Of a DNA stretch of 64,000 nt, positions 36,693-48,713 are shown one piece after another. This DNA comes from a virus (Duplodnaviria > Caudoviricetes): positions 1-64,000 of the IMG/VR virus record IMGVR_UViG_2721755523_000003, one strand, 5' to 3'. Position 1 is the stretch's first letter. The number at the start of each line of letters is the position of its first letter. The notes below the pieces were generated by a model. The model was given only the letters and a program-made list of their open reading frames with translations. It had not been told where the DNA came from and searched no databases. The position numbers and the translations under genes are program-made.

Positions 36693-38606
36693 TCACATTT
36701 CAAGCACATCAAGCGACCTATTTTCTGGGGTGAAATAACGCCCAACGACCAAATCAGTGGCCTCAAGATCGGAATTTATCTCCGAAGTGGCAAATATCAG
36801 CTGATAGTCAACCTGATATGTTGAACATTCGTCCACAATGATTTTTTGCAACCGATGACTTCTCTCCACCTCCATGCCACCATCATCAATACCGTCTAAC
36901 ATCATAAATCGTGGAAGGCGCATAAATTCTTTTTCAGTACTCACTGTGAGGAATGCCAAGTGGAATATATGACGAAGTACCACGGCGGAGCTTTCCGAAA
37001 AATTCCTTACTCCGTTCACGTAAACTGAATTCTCTACAAAATCAAAGGTGGCGAATTCAGCATTAATAAATTCAGGAGTCAATGGCAAATCCATGCCTAA
37101 CAATCTGACCATCACCTTGCTAACAGCTTCAGCCACCTCCTTCTTCCGGGATTCTTGCTGCCTCTCAAGAAGAAGAATTGAATCTTCTAGCTTACTCTCT
37201 TCATTTCTAAATTCATCTCTTTGTTTTTGCAGATCGGTTATTACTGCAGCCAGCTTTTGCTGCTCATAAGCCTGAATTATCTCCCGATCTAATGAACCAA
37301 GCTCTCTCGAGGATGCCTCTATAGCCGTCTCCACATCAGTGGACCAGACATTTGCCACACTACTGTAATCCTGTTCCAAAGATCTTATTCGTTGCGACAA
37401 ATGCGGAAGATCAGTACGCAATTTACTTATCTCCTCCTCTCTAATATTTTTCAGAATACGAGATTCATTAAGCTGAACCGCAATCTCATTCTTCATTCTT
37501 AGCAGTTGATTTTTCTCTGCTTCATCTCCAATATCACCGGTGCACAGATGACAAATATTATTATTTTCTTCCGGGCTTGGAAGCTTATTCAAACAACATG
37601 GGCAAAAAACAAAGCTCAACTTTCCAAAATAGTTGCGCGTCTCCTTAGACTCATCAAGACTCTGCAACCTAGACTCCAGCTCTTTGATGAATTGGTTCGA
37701 ATCTTTTAATTCAAGCTCAAGAGCAGAAATCTGATCCTTTGTTTTTGACTCTTCATGTTTGGCATCATTGAGCTGGCTCCTCAAATTATTGATATTCGCC
37801 ACACTACTCAGATCTGTAGGGACGGATCGCTCCAGCTTTATTTTTGCTATTTTATCGATAAGAGCGTTTCTAGCCGACTCCAATTCGACAGTCCTTTCAT
37901 TAAGGAACTCTAAATCTGGAGTTTGGCCAGACCGCCCCAGTACTCCAAAAATACTTTTCAACTCACTCTCTCGTTTTGAAATATGAGCCTGAACTTCTCT
38001 CAAACGAATCTGAGCATCATGCAAAGTGTCATCATATACCCCAGACAAATAACCACCAATCATCTCCCTATTTAAGGGACTGTCAAAGCTATCAAGCCTA
38101 AATATAGGACTATGAACACTCGGCTGATCAGCATAAAGCACCCGTAAAATCTGGTGCATTGTCAGATTTGAAGATCCCGCACCTTGCGCCTGCGGCAAAT
38201 CAAGAGCCGCAAACAATGCTTGTGAAAAACTGATGCAATTAGCACTTCGCTTAAATGGATAATGCTCCCATTTCAAAAAGCCCGCCTTCAGAGACTCCTC
38301 ATAGCTCCCCCAAAATATAGCCATCGGCCTTTGGGTTGTCACACCTATATCACGCTTTAAGCACGCAGTCTTGCCGTTCAAAAGAACTTCCACGCAAGTG
38401 CTTGTGCATTGAAGCGCTCCCTTCTTCCAACGAATATTTTCAGCACCCAACCCAAAGGCGAGCATATCCATTATTGTTGTTTTCCCCGAACTATTCCTAC
38501 CTCTTATAATATTTACGCCAGATTTAAACTTGCAGTCAAATGCCACATGAGCGCCCTGAAATACAACCAACCTACTAACCATTAGGGTGGGTTCAAGCAG
38601 GGTCAT
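36693..38606 (-). CDS. lmuB: SMC/Rad50-like ABC ATPase of a Lamassu (ABC-3C) system
   Basis: Walker A GRNSSGKT, coiled coils, central CPCC...CHLC zinc hook, FSESS signature, MMLDGIDDGG Walker B. Confidence 0.82.
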   Translation of the reverse strand: MTLLEPTLMVSRLVVFQGAHVAFDCKFKSGVNIIRGRNSSGKTTIMDMLAFGLGAENIRWKKGALQCTSTCVEVLLNGKTACLKRDIGVTTQRPMAIFWGSYEESLKAGFLKWEHYPFKRSANCISFSQALFAALDLPQAQGAGSSNLTMHQILRVLYADQPSVHSPIFRLDSFDSPLNREMIGGYLSGVYDDTLHDAQIRLREVQAHISKRESELKSIFGVLGRSGQTPDLEFLNERTVELESARNALIDKIAKIKLERSVPTDLSSVANINNLRSQLNDAKHEESKTKDQISALELELKDSNQFIKELESRLQSLDESKETRNYFGKLSFVFCPCCLNKLPSPEENNNICHLCTGDIGDEAEKNQLLRMKNEIAVQLNESRILKNIREEEISKLRTDLPHLSQRIRSLEQDYSSVANVWSTDVETAIEASSRELGSLDREIIQAYEQQKLAAVITDLQKQRDEFRNEESKLEDSILLLERQQESRKKEVAEAVSKVMVRLLGMDLPLTPEFINAEFATFDFVENSVYVNGVRNFSESSAVVLRHIFHLAFLTVSTEKEFMRLPRFMMLDGIDDGGMEVERSHRLQKIIVDECSTYQVDYQLIFATSEINSDLEATDLVVGRYFTPENRSLDVLEM

Positions 38607-39093
38607 AACGATACTCCATAAGGTGCGTCCTATCCTTTAATCCATTCTTACCTAGCAAAGGCACTTGCGACAAACCAATGATCGCGCTCAAACCAACTGA
38701 TCCGGTTGACTCCAGAATATTTTCAATTCTCTGCTCAATACCAACCGGCAATGGCTTTAATGAACGAGATACATATCCCTTTGAATAGCTATCAAGATCA
38801 AAAAAACCAGATGCGACTACTGATCGCAGCGCTGCATCTTGAATCCCCTTCATTTCATGAAAGGTAGCTACCTCACTTAAAGGGTCCCTATAAATATTTG
38901 CAAGCTTCTTTGATTCTCTTCTCAAGCCAATTAACTCCGAAGGAAGTTTTATATTGGCCACGGATCCGGGAAAAACCAGATAGAAATCCAACAATCTAAT
39001 TTTATCCGTCTCCACTTTATTTATATGCTCTGATATCAACAACAACCGAAATATGCAATGATAAGCATCATACGCAGGATGGTATATCAGCAT
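38593..39093 (-). CDS. lmuC: ABC-3C middle component (LmuC-like)
   Basis: 166 aa MLIYHPAYDAYHCIFRLL...IRLLDFYLVFP; overlaps both neighbours. Confidence 0.75.
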   Translation of the reverse strand: MLIYHPAYDAYHCIFRLLLISEHINKVETDKIRLLDFYLVFPGSVANIKLPSELIGLRRESKKLANIYRDPLSEVATFHEMKGIQDAALRSVVASGFFDLDSYSKGYVSRSLKPLPVGIEQRIENILESTGSVGLSAIIGLSQVPLLGKNGLKDRTHLMEYRYDPA

Positions 39094-39674
39094 TTATCCC
39101 ACCTAATATGGCAGTTTCCACCCAAAAAATACAACATCCCTATCAAATCCATTGAATCGAATTCAAGTATATTCTCACCTAATATTGAACCAGTGGATTG
39201 GACAACAACATTAATACTCCCGTCTACCGCTACTCTACCCCCATCCTCCTGAATAACGGGAGTCACGATAAGAGTAAATTTTGCATGCAAATCAGTCAAT
39301 ACGATTGTAAATATTCTTTGGGCAGTCTTTGAGGTTTGAAATCTCAGAATTTTCTTAAAAATCTTCTCTTTAGATTTCATTGCCTCCAATAGCAAATCTT
39401 TTCGACCGCTATCAGTAAGTTTAGCCTCAAGCCCTCTAACATCACCATCTACAACCGCACCCATATAATGCAGTAGCTTTTCCGAAAACTCACCCCCGGA
39501 TGAATCTCCCTGACCATCCACCCTGAGCTTGTCGTAAAGAAAATTCAGCTCTGTATTTACTGAGCCAATTGATGAGAAATTAACAACAGTCGACCTACTA
39601 TTGTCATACTTATCCCCACCAACTATATCACCCTCTGCCCGGTTATGGCTTTGACTGGTAAACAAGAAAATCAC
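39087..39674 (-). CDS. LmuA-like ABC-3C C-terminal-domain protein with no enzymatic effector; N-terminal GD motif
   Basis: 195 aa, VRGLEAKLTDSGR...LIGMLYFLGGNCHIRWD CTD-like; N-terminus SQSHNRAEGDIVGGDK. Confidence 0.7.
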   Translation of the reverse strand: MIFLFTSQSHNRAEGDIVGGDKYDNSRSTVVNFSSIGSVNTELNFLYDKLRVDGQGDSSGGEFSEKLLHYMGAVVDGDVRGLEAKLTDSGRKDLLLEAMKSKEKIFKKILRFQTSKTAQRIFTIVLTDLHAKFTLIVTPVIQEDGGRVAVDGSINVVVQSTGSILGENILEFDSMDLIGMLYFLGGNCHIRWDKC

Positions 39675-39850
39675 CTACGATTATTTTTATTCATATCACC
39701 AGCAGCCATATCGCCGCCTACTATGTTATTTTTCTGAGAAACGATCCGTGTATTTTTATTTCGAGAAGATCGGTAAGAAAACATTATTTTAAGCGTCCAA
39801 CCCGAACCAAGACCTACCAAAAATGAAATCAAGTGAGTTACCCATTCCAT
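39671..39850 (-). CDS. 59-aa membrane microprotein with C-terminal GD motif (not in the ORF track)
   Basis: AGGAG RBS then MEWVTHLISFLVGLGSGWTLKIMFSYRSSRNKNTRIVSQKNNIVGGDMAAGDMNKNNRR*; its TGA overlaps the GTG of the lmuA-like gene (GTGA). Confidence 0.8.
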   Translation of the reverse strand: MEWVTHLISFLVGLGSGWTLKIMFSYRSSRNKNTRIVSQKNNIVGGDMAAGDMNKNNRR

Positions 39851-39876
39851 ACCTTCTCCTTACGTAGTTGCTAGCC

Positions 39877-39905
39877 AATGTATCAGAGTGTACAAAAAAG
39901 GTCCA
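39877..39905 (-). promoter_or_regulatory. Putative sigma70 promoter of the defence operon
   Basis: Minus strand TGGACC-N17-TACATT with extended -10 TG. Confidence 0.45.
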
Positions 39906-39977
39906 GTAGTGGACTGCTGCACTTGCGAACCTATGGTCCACTTCCTCTGTCAAAGTAAATTGGCAGACAATTCCGTC

Positions 39978-41195
39978 TTATGAATACCACATCCGATCCG
40001 CCAAATCCTCAACGCGGAAGCTAGCATATCTCATCGCCATTCCACTCCCCGAGGCCCAGCCCATGATGCGGTGAATCTCGACGTCACGGAACATCCAACC
40101 TCCGCTCTTTGTTCGCATCTCGAACCACTGGCAAGTCGCCTCATGCCGAAGGTCATGCTCGGTCAATCCTGGACATTGAGCGTAGCTAAATAAGTTTGCA
40201 AATCTGTTCGATAGACGAGAAGACGTTCTCGTTAACTCTCTCTGACCTCCTTCCCCTGTCCACCAAGGAAAAATTGGCTGATCCTCTACGTGCCCGGGAA
40301 ACATCTCCAAGTAGTGCTTGAGAATAGCGAATAGTTCTGGCCGAATCGGTACGTCACGATACTTCAGTCTGCCATGCCATTGTTTACTAACCTTAGCGCG
40401 TATAGTTCGAGTCGCCAAGTTCACTTGGCCAAAGGTCAGCGTGTATGCCTCACGTAAACGCAAACCGGTATAGAGGATCAACAGGAACAAGGTACGCAAT
40501 GCCGGGGCATCTTCCTGCTTGATGCTGCGCTCCCGATCCGGACGGCGCTCTCCAGCCAGAACCCGCTCGATTCGTTCCAGCTCGCCAGGCAGCAGGCGCC
40601 GCTCACGCTGGACGTCTTCCTTGGCCACCTTTGGCTTGGACTGGTCGCCGGCCGCAGCGTTGAGTGCCTCAATGTCCGCGCGATCTTTCTGGGTGTAGGT
40701 GGCAGCCCCTTTGGGCAACAGCCGCAGCGGGTTGCCCACCATCGCATCGGGATGTTGTCGAAGCCACCAGTCCAAGCAGCGGGACAGTGAGCCTATGCGT
40801 TTGCGGATAGTGCCGGGGGCGAAATTGCGCTCCAGCTTGAGGCTGCGCACCCAGGCCTCGGCCCATTTGTAGGTGAGGTCGGCAATCAGAACCTTACCCA
40901 GCTCGGCTACCAGCAGATCAAGAACGGGGATATCGGTGGCAGCTGGCTGGCCGGTATTGATCCAGGCGATCAGCACGAAACGCAGCCGCTCCCTGGGCTT
41001 TGGCGCGGAGACGTTCTGCTGCACCAAGCCTGCAGGCACCACGCCAGCAGCGAGCAGCTGGTCGACCTGGTGGCCATACTGCTGGGCCTCGGCCTCGTCG
41101 TCGAAAGTCATGTAGACAGGCTTGGGCAGCAGCTTACTGCGGATGGTCAGCTCATAGCGCCCACGGGGCGTCTTGCGCACACTCGACACACTCAC
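39978..41195 (-). CDS. int: Tyrosine recombinase (phage integrase)
   Basis: TGLRLREA, HDLRHEA and MAMRYA catalytic residues; adjacent to the tRNA att. Confidence 0.92.
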   Translation of the reverse strand: MSVSSVRKTPRGRYELTIRSKLLPKPVYMTFDDEAEAQQYGHQVDQLLAAGVVPAGLVQQNVSAPKPRERLRFVLIAWINTGQPAATDIPVLDLLVAELGKVLIADLTYKWAEAWVRSLKLERNFAPGTIRKRIGSLSRCLDWWLRQHPDAMVGNPLRLLPKGAATYTQKDRADIEALNAAAGDQSKPKVAKEDVQRERRLLPGELERIERVLAGERRPDRERSIKQEDAPALRTLFLLILYTGLRLREAYTLTFGQVNLATRTIRAKVSKQWHGRLKYRDVPIRPELFAILKHYLEMFPGHVEDQPIFPWWTGEGGQRELTRTSSRLSNRFANLFSYAQCPGLTEHDLRHEATCQWFEMRTKSGGWMFRDVEIHRIMGWASGSGMAMRYASFRVEDLADRMWYS

Positions 41196-41321
41196 CTCCC
41201 ATTGATGCTCGGGCGGAGTGTACTCACCTCATCGACAAACTCAGAAGATTAGGTGTGGTTCGACCGCAGTTTCGGCGCGGTTTGAGGTCGATTGAGCCCA
41301 TATTGAGGTGGGCCGGAAATG

Positions 41322-41341
41322 AAAAAAGGCCCCGAGGGGCC
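41322..41341 (-). terminator. Terminator downstream of the tRNA operon
   Basis: Minus strand GGCCC-CTC-GGGCC-TTTTTT. Confidence 0.6.
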
Positions 41342-41344
41342 TTA

Positions 41345-41357
41345 TAAGTATTTGATT
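41345..41357 (-). promoter_or_regulatory. IHF-type site next to the att junction
   Basis: AATCAAATACTTA matches WATCAANNNNTTR, 14 bp from the tRNA CCA end. Confidence 0.6.
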
Positions 41358-41371
41358 TTCTTTAAATTTTT

Positions 41372-41445
41372 TGGAGGCGCGAACCAGAGTCGAACTGGTC
41401 TAACCGGATTTGCAATCCGGGGCATAACCGCTTTGCTATCGCGCC
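41372..41445 (-). tRNA. tRNA-Cys (GCA)
   Basis: GGCGCGATAGCAAAGCGG...TTGCAAA...GTTCGACTCTGGTTCGCGCCTCCA, 74 nt. Confidence 0.97.
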
Positions 41446-41489
41446 AAGATCACTATCAAAACATGCAGCATTGCTGCAGTTTCTAAAAC

Positions 41490-41565
41490 TGGAGCGGGAA
41501 AACGGGTTCGAACCGTCGACCTCAACCTTGGCAAGGTTGCGCTCTACCAACTGAGCTATTCCCGC
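41490..41565 (-). tRNA. tRNA-Gly (GCC)
   Basis: GCGGGAATAGCTCAGTTGG...TTGCCAA...TTCGAACCCGTTTTCCCGCTCCA. Confidence 0.97.
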
Positions 41566-41624
41566 AAAAAATTCAAGCAACCAACCGTCACCTGAATCGG
41601 CTGTGCACTAGGCACATCCAAAAC

Positions 41625-41700
41625 TGGAGCGGGAAAACGGGTTCGAACCGTCGACCTCAACCTTGGCAAGGTTGCGCTCTACCAACTGAGCTATTCCCGC
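41625..41700 (-). tRNA. tRNA-Gly (GCC)
   Basis: Identical 76-nt copy. Confidence 0.97.
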
Positions 41701-41767
41701 TTGAATCATCCATTCTGGCAGCCAACCGCCACCAGAACCGAACAAACCCGAAAGCATGTTCAAAATC

Positions 41768-41843
41768 TGGAGCGGGAAAACGGGTTCGAACCGTCGACCT
41801 CAACCTTGGCAAGGTTGCGCTCTACCAACTGAGCTATTCCCGC
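41768..41843 (-). tRNA. tRNA-Gly (GCC)
   Basis: Identical 76-nt copy. Confidence 0.97.
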
Positions 41844-41946
41844 ATTTCTACCGAAGCCTGACATTCTACAACGTCGTTTGCTGCGATGGGATGAATTGTA
41901 GCGTAGTTCTTGGAGGGTTCAGGAAAAACGCTACATTTTTTCATCT

Positions 41947-44361
<2,415 letters not shown>

Positions 44362-44481
44362 GGGAATCCTCGGTTTGTCAGCGGAAGATGGTCCGCACAC
44401 CGGTGTATTTCAACCCTGCGGCCCGAAAGGATTTCGGGCCGCAGGGACTTGCGCTGCCGGACCTTTGCAGGCGGCGGCGCA

Positions 44482-45744
44482 TCAGGCCTTCTTGGCCGCT
44501 TCGCGGTAAACCAGCAGCGGCGCCTTTCCGTCTTCGATGGTGGACTCGTCCACCACTACCTTTTCGACATTGTCGGCATTGGGCAGCTCGTACATGGTGC
44601 CGATCAGCGATTGCTCCAGGATGGAGCGCAGGCCACGGGCACCCGTCTTGCGCGCCAGCGCCTTGCGGGCGATGGCCTTGAGCGCGGCAGGCCGGATCTC
44701 CAGCTCCACGCCTTCCATGGCCAGCAGCTTGCTGTACTGCTTGACCAGGGCGTTCTTGGGCTCGGTCAGGATCTGCACCAGGGCGTCTTCGCCCAGTTCG
44801 GCCAGGGCCGTGACCACGGGCATGCGGCCGACCAGCTCGGGGATGATGCCGAACTTGATCAGGTCTTCAGGCTCGATCTCCTGGAACACTTCCGAGATGG
44901 AGCGCTGCTTCTTGCTCTTGACCGTGGCGCCAAAGCCGATGCCGGACGCCTCGGTGCGGTTCTCGATGACCTTCTCCAGGCCCGCGAACGCGCCGCCGCA
45001 GATGAACAGGATGTTGGTCGTGTCGATCTGCAGAAAGTCCTGGTTCGGATGCTTGCGGCCGCCTTGCGGGGGAACGCTGGCCATGGTGCCTTCGATGAGC
45101 TTGAGCAGGGCCTGCTGCACGCCCTCGCCAGACACGTCGCGCGTGATGCTGGGGTTGTCGGACTTGCGCGAGATCTTGTCGATCTCGTCGATGTAGACGA
45201 TGCCGCGCTGTGCACGCTCGACGTCGTACTCGCAGCTTTGCAGCAGCTTCTGGATGATGTTCTCGACGTCCTCGCCCACGTAGCCGGCCTCGGTCAGCGT
45301 GGTGGCATCAGCCATGACGAAGGGAACGTTGAGCATGCGCGCCAGCGTCTGCGCCAGCAGCGTCTTGCCGGAGCCCGTGGGACCGATGAGCAGGATGTTG
45401 CTCTTGGCCAGCTCAATCTCGTCCTTGCCGGCCTTGTCCTTGTGACGCAGGCGCTTGTAGTGGTTGTAGACGGCAACGGCCAGCGTGCGCTTGGGCAGGT
45501 CCTGGCCAATCACGTAGTTGTCGAGGTTGGCCTTGATTTCGGCGGGCGTGGGCAGGTCGCCTCGGCCGTCCTTGGCCTCGGTGCTGGGCTGCTCGTCGCG
45601 GATGATCTCGTTGCAGAGATCGATGCACTCGTCGCAGATAAAGACTGACGGACCCGCGATCAGCTTCTTGACCTCATGCTGGCTCTTGCCGCAGAAGGTG
45701 CAATAAAGGTTTTTTTCGCTGGAGGAGCCTTTTTTCTCGGCCAT
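44482..45744 (-). CDS. clpX: ClpX ATPase
   Basis: [18 protein letters not shown] zinc finger, [18 protein letters not shown]. Confidence 0.98.
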   Translation of the reverse strand: MAEKKGSSSEKNLYCTFCGKSQHEVKKLIAGPSVFICDECIDLCNEIIRDEQPSTEAKDGRGDLPTPAEIKANLDNYVIGQDLPKRTLAVAVYNHYKRLRHKDKAGKDEIELAKSNILLIGPTGSGKTLLAQTLARMLNVPFVMADATTLTEAGYVGEDVENIIQKLLQSCEYDVERAQRGIVYIDEIDKISRKSDNPSITRDVSGEGVQQALLKLIEGTMASVPPQGGRKHPNQDFLQIDTTNILFICGGAFAGLEKVIENRTEASGIGFGATVKSKKQRSISEVFQEIEPEDLIKFGIIPELVGRMPVVTALAELGEDALVQILTEPKNALVKQYSKLLAMEGVELEIRPAALKAIARKALARKTGARGLRSILEQSLIGTMYELPNADNVEKVVVDESTIEDGKAPLLVYREAAKKA

Positions 45745-45851
45745 GGGGTCGGTGCCTTGTTACAGAAATATGGAAAAGGATGATAACCAAATGGAAAGCG
45801 GCGTTTTCCGTAGGGGGAAAACGCCGCCCATTCTCATGCAGCCTCCGGACT

Positions 45852-46460
45852 TCAGGAGCGCTTGTTGATCACCTGATCGACCAGGCCGTAGTCCTTGGCT
45901 TCCTCGGCGGACAGGAAGTAGTCGCGTTCGGTGTCGTGCTGGATCTTTTCCAGCGGCCGGCCCGTACGCTCGGCCAGGATCTTGTTCAGGCGCTCGCGGG
46001 TCTTGAGGATTTCGCGTGCGTGGATTTCGATCTCGGTGGCCTGGCCCTGCATGCCGCCCAGCGGCTGGTGGATCATGACCTGGGAGTTGGGCAGCGCAAA
46101 GCGCTTGCCCTTGGTGCCAGCGGCCAGCAGGAAGGCGCCCATGCTGGCAGCGATGCCGGTGCACAGCGTGGACACATCGGGCTTGATGAAGTTCATCGTG
46201 TCGAAGATGGCCAGGCCGGCGCTCACGGAGCCGCCGGGGCTGTTGATGTAGAACGAAATGTCCTTGTCGGGGTTTTCGCTTTCAAGGAACAGCAGCTGGG
46301 CCACGACGAGGTTGGCCGTCTGGTCATTGACAGGGCCCACCAGGAAGATCACCCGGTCCTTGAGCAGGCGCGAGTAGATGTCGTACGACCGCTCTCCGCG
46401 GCCGGACTGTTCGATGACCATTGGGATCATGCCCAAACCCTGAGTTTCCAATGCGCTCAT
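45852..46460 (-). CDS. clpP: ClpP protease
   Basis: [30 protein letters not shown]. Confidence 0.98.
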   Translation of the reverse strand: MSALETQGLGMIPMVIEQSGRGERSYDIYSRLLKDRVIFLVGPVNDQTANLVVAQLLFLESENPDKDISFYINSPGGSVSAGLAIFDTMNFIKPDVSTLCTGIAASMGAFLLAAGTKGKRFALPNSQVMIHQPLGGMQGQATEIEIHAREILKTRERLNKILAERTGRPLEKIQHDTERDYFLSAEEAKDYGLVDQVINKRS

Positions 46461-46595
46461 GTTTTCTCCAGTACTAGGGGGCTACTTTAGCCGTATCCGG
46501 AAAGAAAATGGGGCTTGTGCGCCAAAGCACAAGCCCCGCAGATGCCAACCCGCCCGCCGATCTCACGAAGCGGCAGGCAGGCGGTGCTCAAACCC

Positions 46596-47906
46596 TCAGG
46601 CCTGGCCCATCAGTTCGTCGAAGGACACGGCCTTGTCGGAGACCTTGGCCTTGCCCAGCACGAACTCGGTCACGTTGTTTTCGATGACAACGGCTTCGAC
46701 TTCAGCCAGGCGTTGGCGGTCGCCGAAGTACCAGCGTGCCACGTCTTCGGGCTTTTCGTAGCTGGCGGCCAGCTCTTCCACGTGGGCCTTGATCTGGTCG
46801 GGCGTGGCGTGCAGCTCGTTGGCGCGCACCAGCTCGGCCACCACCAGGCCCAGGCGCACGCGGCGCTCGGCTTGGGGCAGGAACACGTCTTCAGGGATCT
46901 CGGCCTTCTCGGCGTCCTTGATGCCGCGCTGCTGCAGCTCGGCGCGGGCGCCTTCCAGCAGACGTGCGACTTCAGCCTGCACCGAAGCCTTGGGCAGTTC
47001 CAGCTCGGCCTTGGACACCAGGGCGTCCATCACGGCCTGCTTGTTGCGGCCTTGGACACGGAACTTGACTTCACGCTCCAGGTTCTTCTTGATGTCGGCG
47101 CGCAGGCCTTCGACCGTGCCTTCAGCCACGCCCAGTGCCTTGGCAAAGGCCTCGTCCACTTCGGGCAGATTGGCGGCTTCGATCTTCTTGACCGTCACCA
47201 GGAAGTCAGCGGTCTTGCCGGCCACGTCCTTGCCGTGGTAATCGGCGGGGAATGCCAGCGGGAAGGTCTTGGACTCGCCAGCCTTCATGCCGCGCACTGC
47301 GTCTTCGAATTCCTTGAGCATCTGGCCTTCGCCAACCAGGAACTGGAAGTCTTCAGCCTTGCCGCCGGAGAAGGTCTCGCCGTCGATCTTGCCTTCGAAG
47401 TCCACGGTCACGCGGTCGCCGTCCACGGCCACATCGGCCTGGGCGCGCTGTGCGAAGGTGCGGCGCTGCTTGCGCAGGATGTCCACGGTCTTGTCGATGG
47501 CGGCGTCGTCCACTTCGGCGGTCAGCTTCTCGACTTCGGCCGAGGTCAGGTCACCGATCTTGACTTCAGGCATCACTTCGAAGATGGCTTCGAACTGGGC
47601 CTCGCCCTCGGGAGCGCCTTCCTTTTCGGAGATGCGGGGCTGGCCAGCCACGCGCAGCTTGGCTTCGTTGACGGCCTGTGCAAAAGCCTCGCCAACCTTG
47701 TCGTTGAGCACTTCGTACTGCACCGAGTAGCCATAACGCTGGGCCACCACGCTCATCGGCACCTTGCCGGGACGGAAGCCGTCCATCTTCACGGTGCGCG
47801 CCACCTGCTTCAGGCGGTTCTCGACTTCGCTCTGGATGGAGTTCAGGGGCAGGCTCAGCGTGATCTTGCGCTCGAGCTTTTCAAGGGTTTCAACAGTAAC
47901 GGCCAT
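46596..47906 (-). CDS. tig: Trigger factor
   Basis: DGFRPGKVP signature, FKBP domain; start [10 protein letters not shown]. Confidence 0.97.
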   Translation of the reverse strand: MAVTVETLEKLERKITLSLPLNSIQSEVENRLKQVARTVKMDGFRPGKVPMSVVAQRYGYSVQYEVLNDKVGEAFAQAVNEAKLRVAGQPRISEKEGAPEGEAQFEAIFEVMPEVKIGDLTSAEVEKLTAEVDDAAIDKTVDILRKQRRTFAQRAQADVAVDGDRVTVDFEGKIDGETFSGGKAEDFQFLVGEGQMLKEFEDAVRGMKAGESKTFPLAFPADYHGKDVAGKTADFLVTVKKIEAANLPEVDEAFAKALGVAEGTVEGLRADIKKNLEREVKFRVQGRNKQAVMDALVSKAELELPKASVQAEVARLLEGARAELQQRGIKDAEKAEIPEDVFLPQAERRVRLGLVVAELVRANELHATPDQIKAHVEELAASYEKPEDVARWYFGDRQRLAEVEAVVIENNVTEFVLGKAKVSDKAVSFDELMGQA

Positions 47907-48234
47907 GTTTGTTCCTATGAGGGATTGGACCGTGCCGGCTGCTGTACAGCCCGCACCGTATTGCGCAAAAGTCACGGTGCGACGCGAGCCAAGCCAGTCG
48001 GCCGCGCGGCACCTCAGATTTCAAGGGCTTACATCACATGCACCTGGCCGCTGGGGACCGCACATGGTTCGCTCAACCCGTGATGTAAGCGAAGCCGGAC
48101 ATTATAAACGAGGCGGTTTTGCCTTCCAGACGCGCGCTCTTGCAGGGGAATCCCGCAATCCGCCTGGCCAATGCGCCTCCTCTACAGGAAGCGGGCTTGA
48201 GCAGTGTTCGCCGCAGTTGAGCGGCGTTGGTGCG

Positions 48235-48261
48235 TGGTGCGCGGGGGGCGGGTCGTCAACC
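48235..48261 (-). other. Degenerate tRNA 3'-end-like sequence (possible att scar)
   Basis: Minus strand GGTTGACGACCCGCCCCCCGCGCACCA resembles a T-arm plus acceptor-CCA; no full tRNA present. Confidence 0.3.
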
Positions 48262-48419
48262 ATTCAAAAACAATCACTTGCCTTCACTGCGCGGGATCCG
48301 TGCGGGCCAGCAAAAGGCTTTCGAGGCCGCCCGGCACACGCCAACCCAACATGCGCGCAGCCCGACCAAAGGCCCTGCCAGTCATCGCCAATCAGCATAT
48401 GAAAAAGGGTCACATCAAA

Positions 48420-48464
48420 TTGAAACATCTGGTCATTCGACCTATACTGTATGTGCATACAGTA
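48420..48464 (+). promoter_or_regulatory. sigma70 promoter overlapped by a LexA (SOS) box
   Basis: TTGAAA (48420-48425), N17, TATACT (48443-48448); TACTGTATGTGCATACAGTA (48445-48464) matches CTGT-N8-ACAG. Confidence 0.88.
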
Positions 48465-48477
48465 GAAAGAAGACGCG

Positions 48478-48696
48478 ATGCAGCACCAGATTGAGACGGT
48501 CAGGGACGATGTGGAAAGCGCCAGCGAGCAAGTGGCCGCCATCTGCGAGCTGCTGGCTGCAGCCCGGGGCACGGTCGTGCACGCCTCGGCCATTACCGCA
48601 TTGCTGCTGCCCGTGTCACGCAAGCTCAGCGCGGCGGCGGGTGACCTGTCCGACCATCTGCATCGCAGCCAGGTAGTTGGCAGCAAGCGCTGCTAG
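48478..48696 (+). CDS. SOS-regulated small helical protein of unknown function
   Basis: 72 aa ORF directly behind the LexA-boxed promoter. Confidence 0.7.
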   Translation: MQHQIETVRDDVESASEQVAAICELLAAARGTVVHASAITALLLPVSRKLSAAAGDLSDHLHRSQVVGSKRC

Positions 48697-48713
48697 ACCC
48701 TCTCACCCCCACC

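Larger units (their letters stand above)
1..41371. mobile_element. Lambda-like (siphoviral) temperate prophage integrated at the 3' end of tRNA-Cys; left end outside the window
   Basis: Contiguous lysis, tail, tape measure, capsid, portal, terminase, replication, cro/cI, xis and integrase genes ending next to the tRNA-Cys CCA end. Confidence 0.93.

Noticed and set aside
41362-41580. 72-aa ORF from the track
   Set aside because: Overlaps the tRNA-Cys and tRNA-Gly genes; spurious
41490-41843. Three identical 76-bp repeats with unique spacers, superficially CRISPR-like
   Set aside because: They are complete tRNA-Gly(GCC) genes with cloverleaf and CCA; no cas genes nearby
48025-48090. 11-bp inverted repeat GCTTACATCAC/GTGATGTAAGC in the tig leader
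   Set aside because: Could be leader structure, but I cannot match it to a known riboswitch or ncRNA
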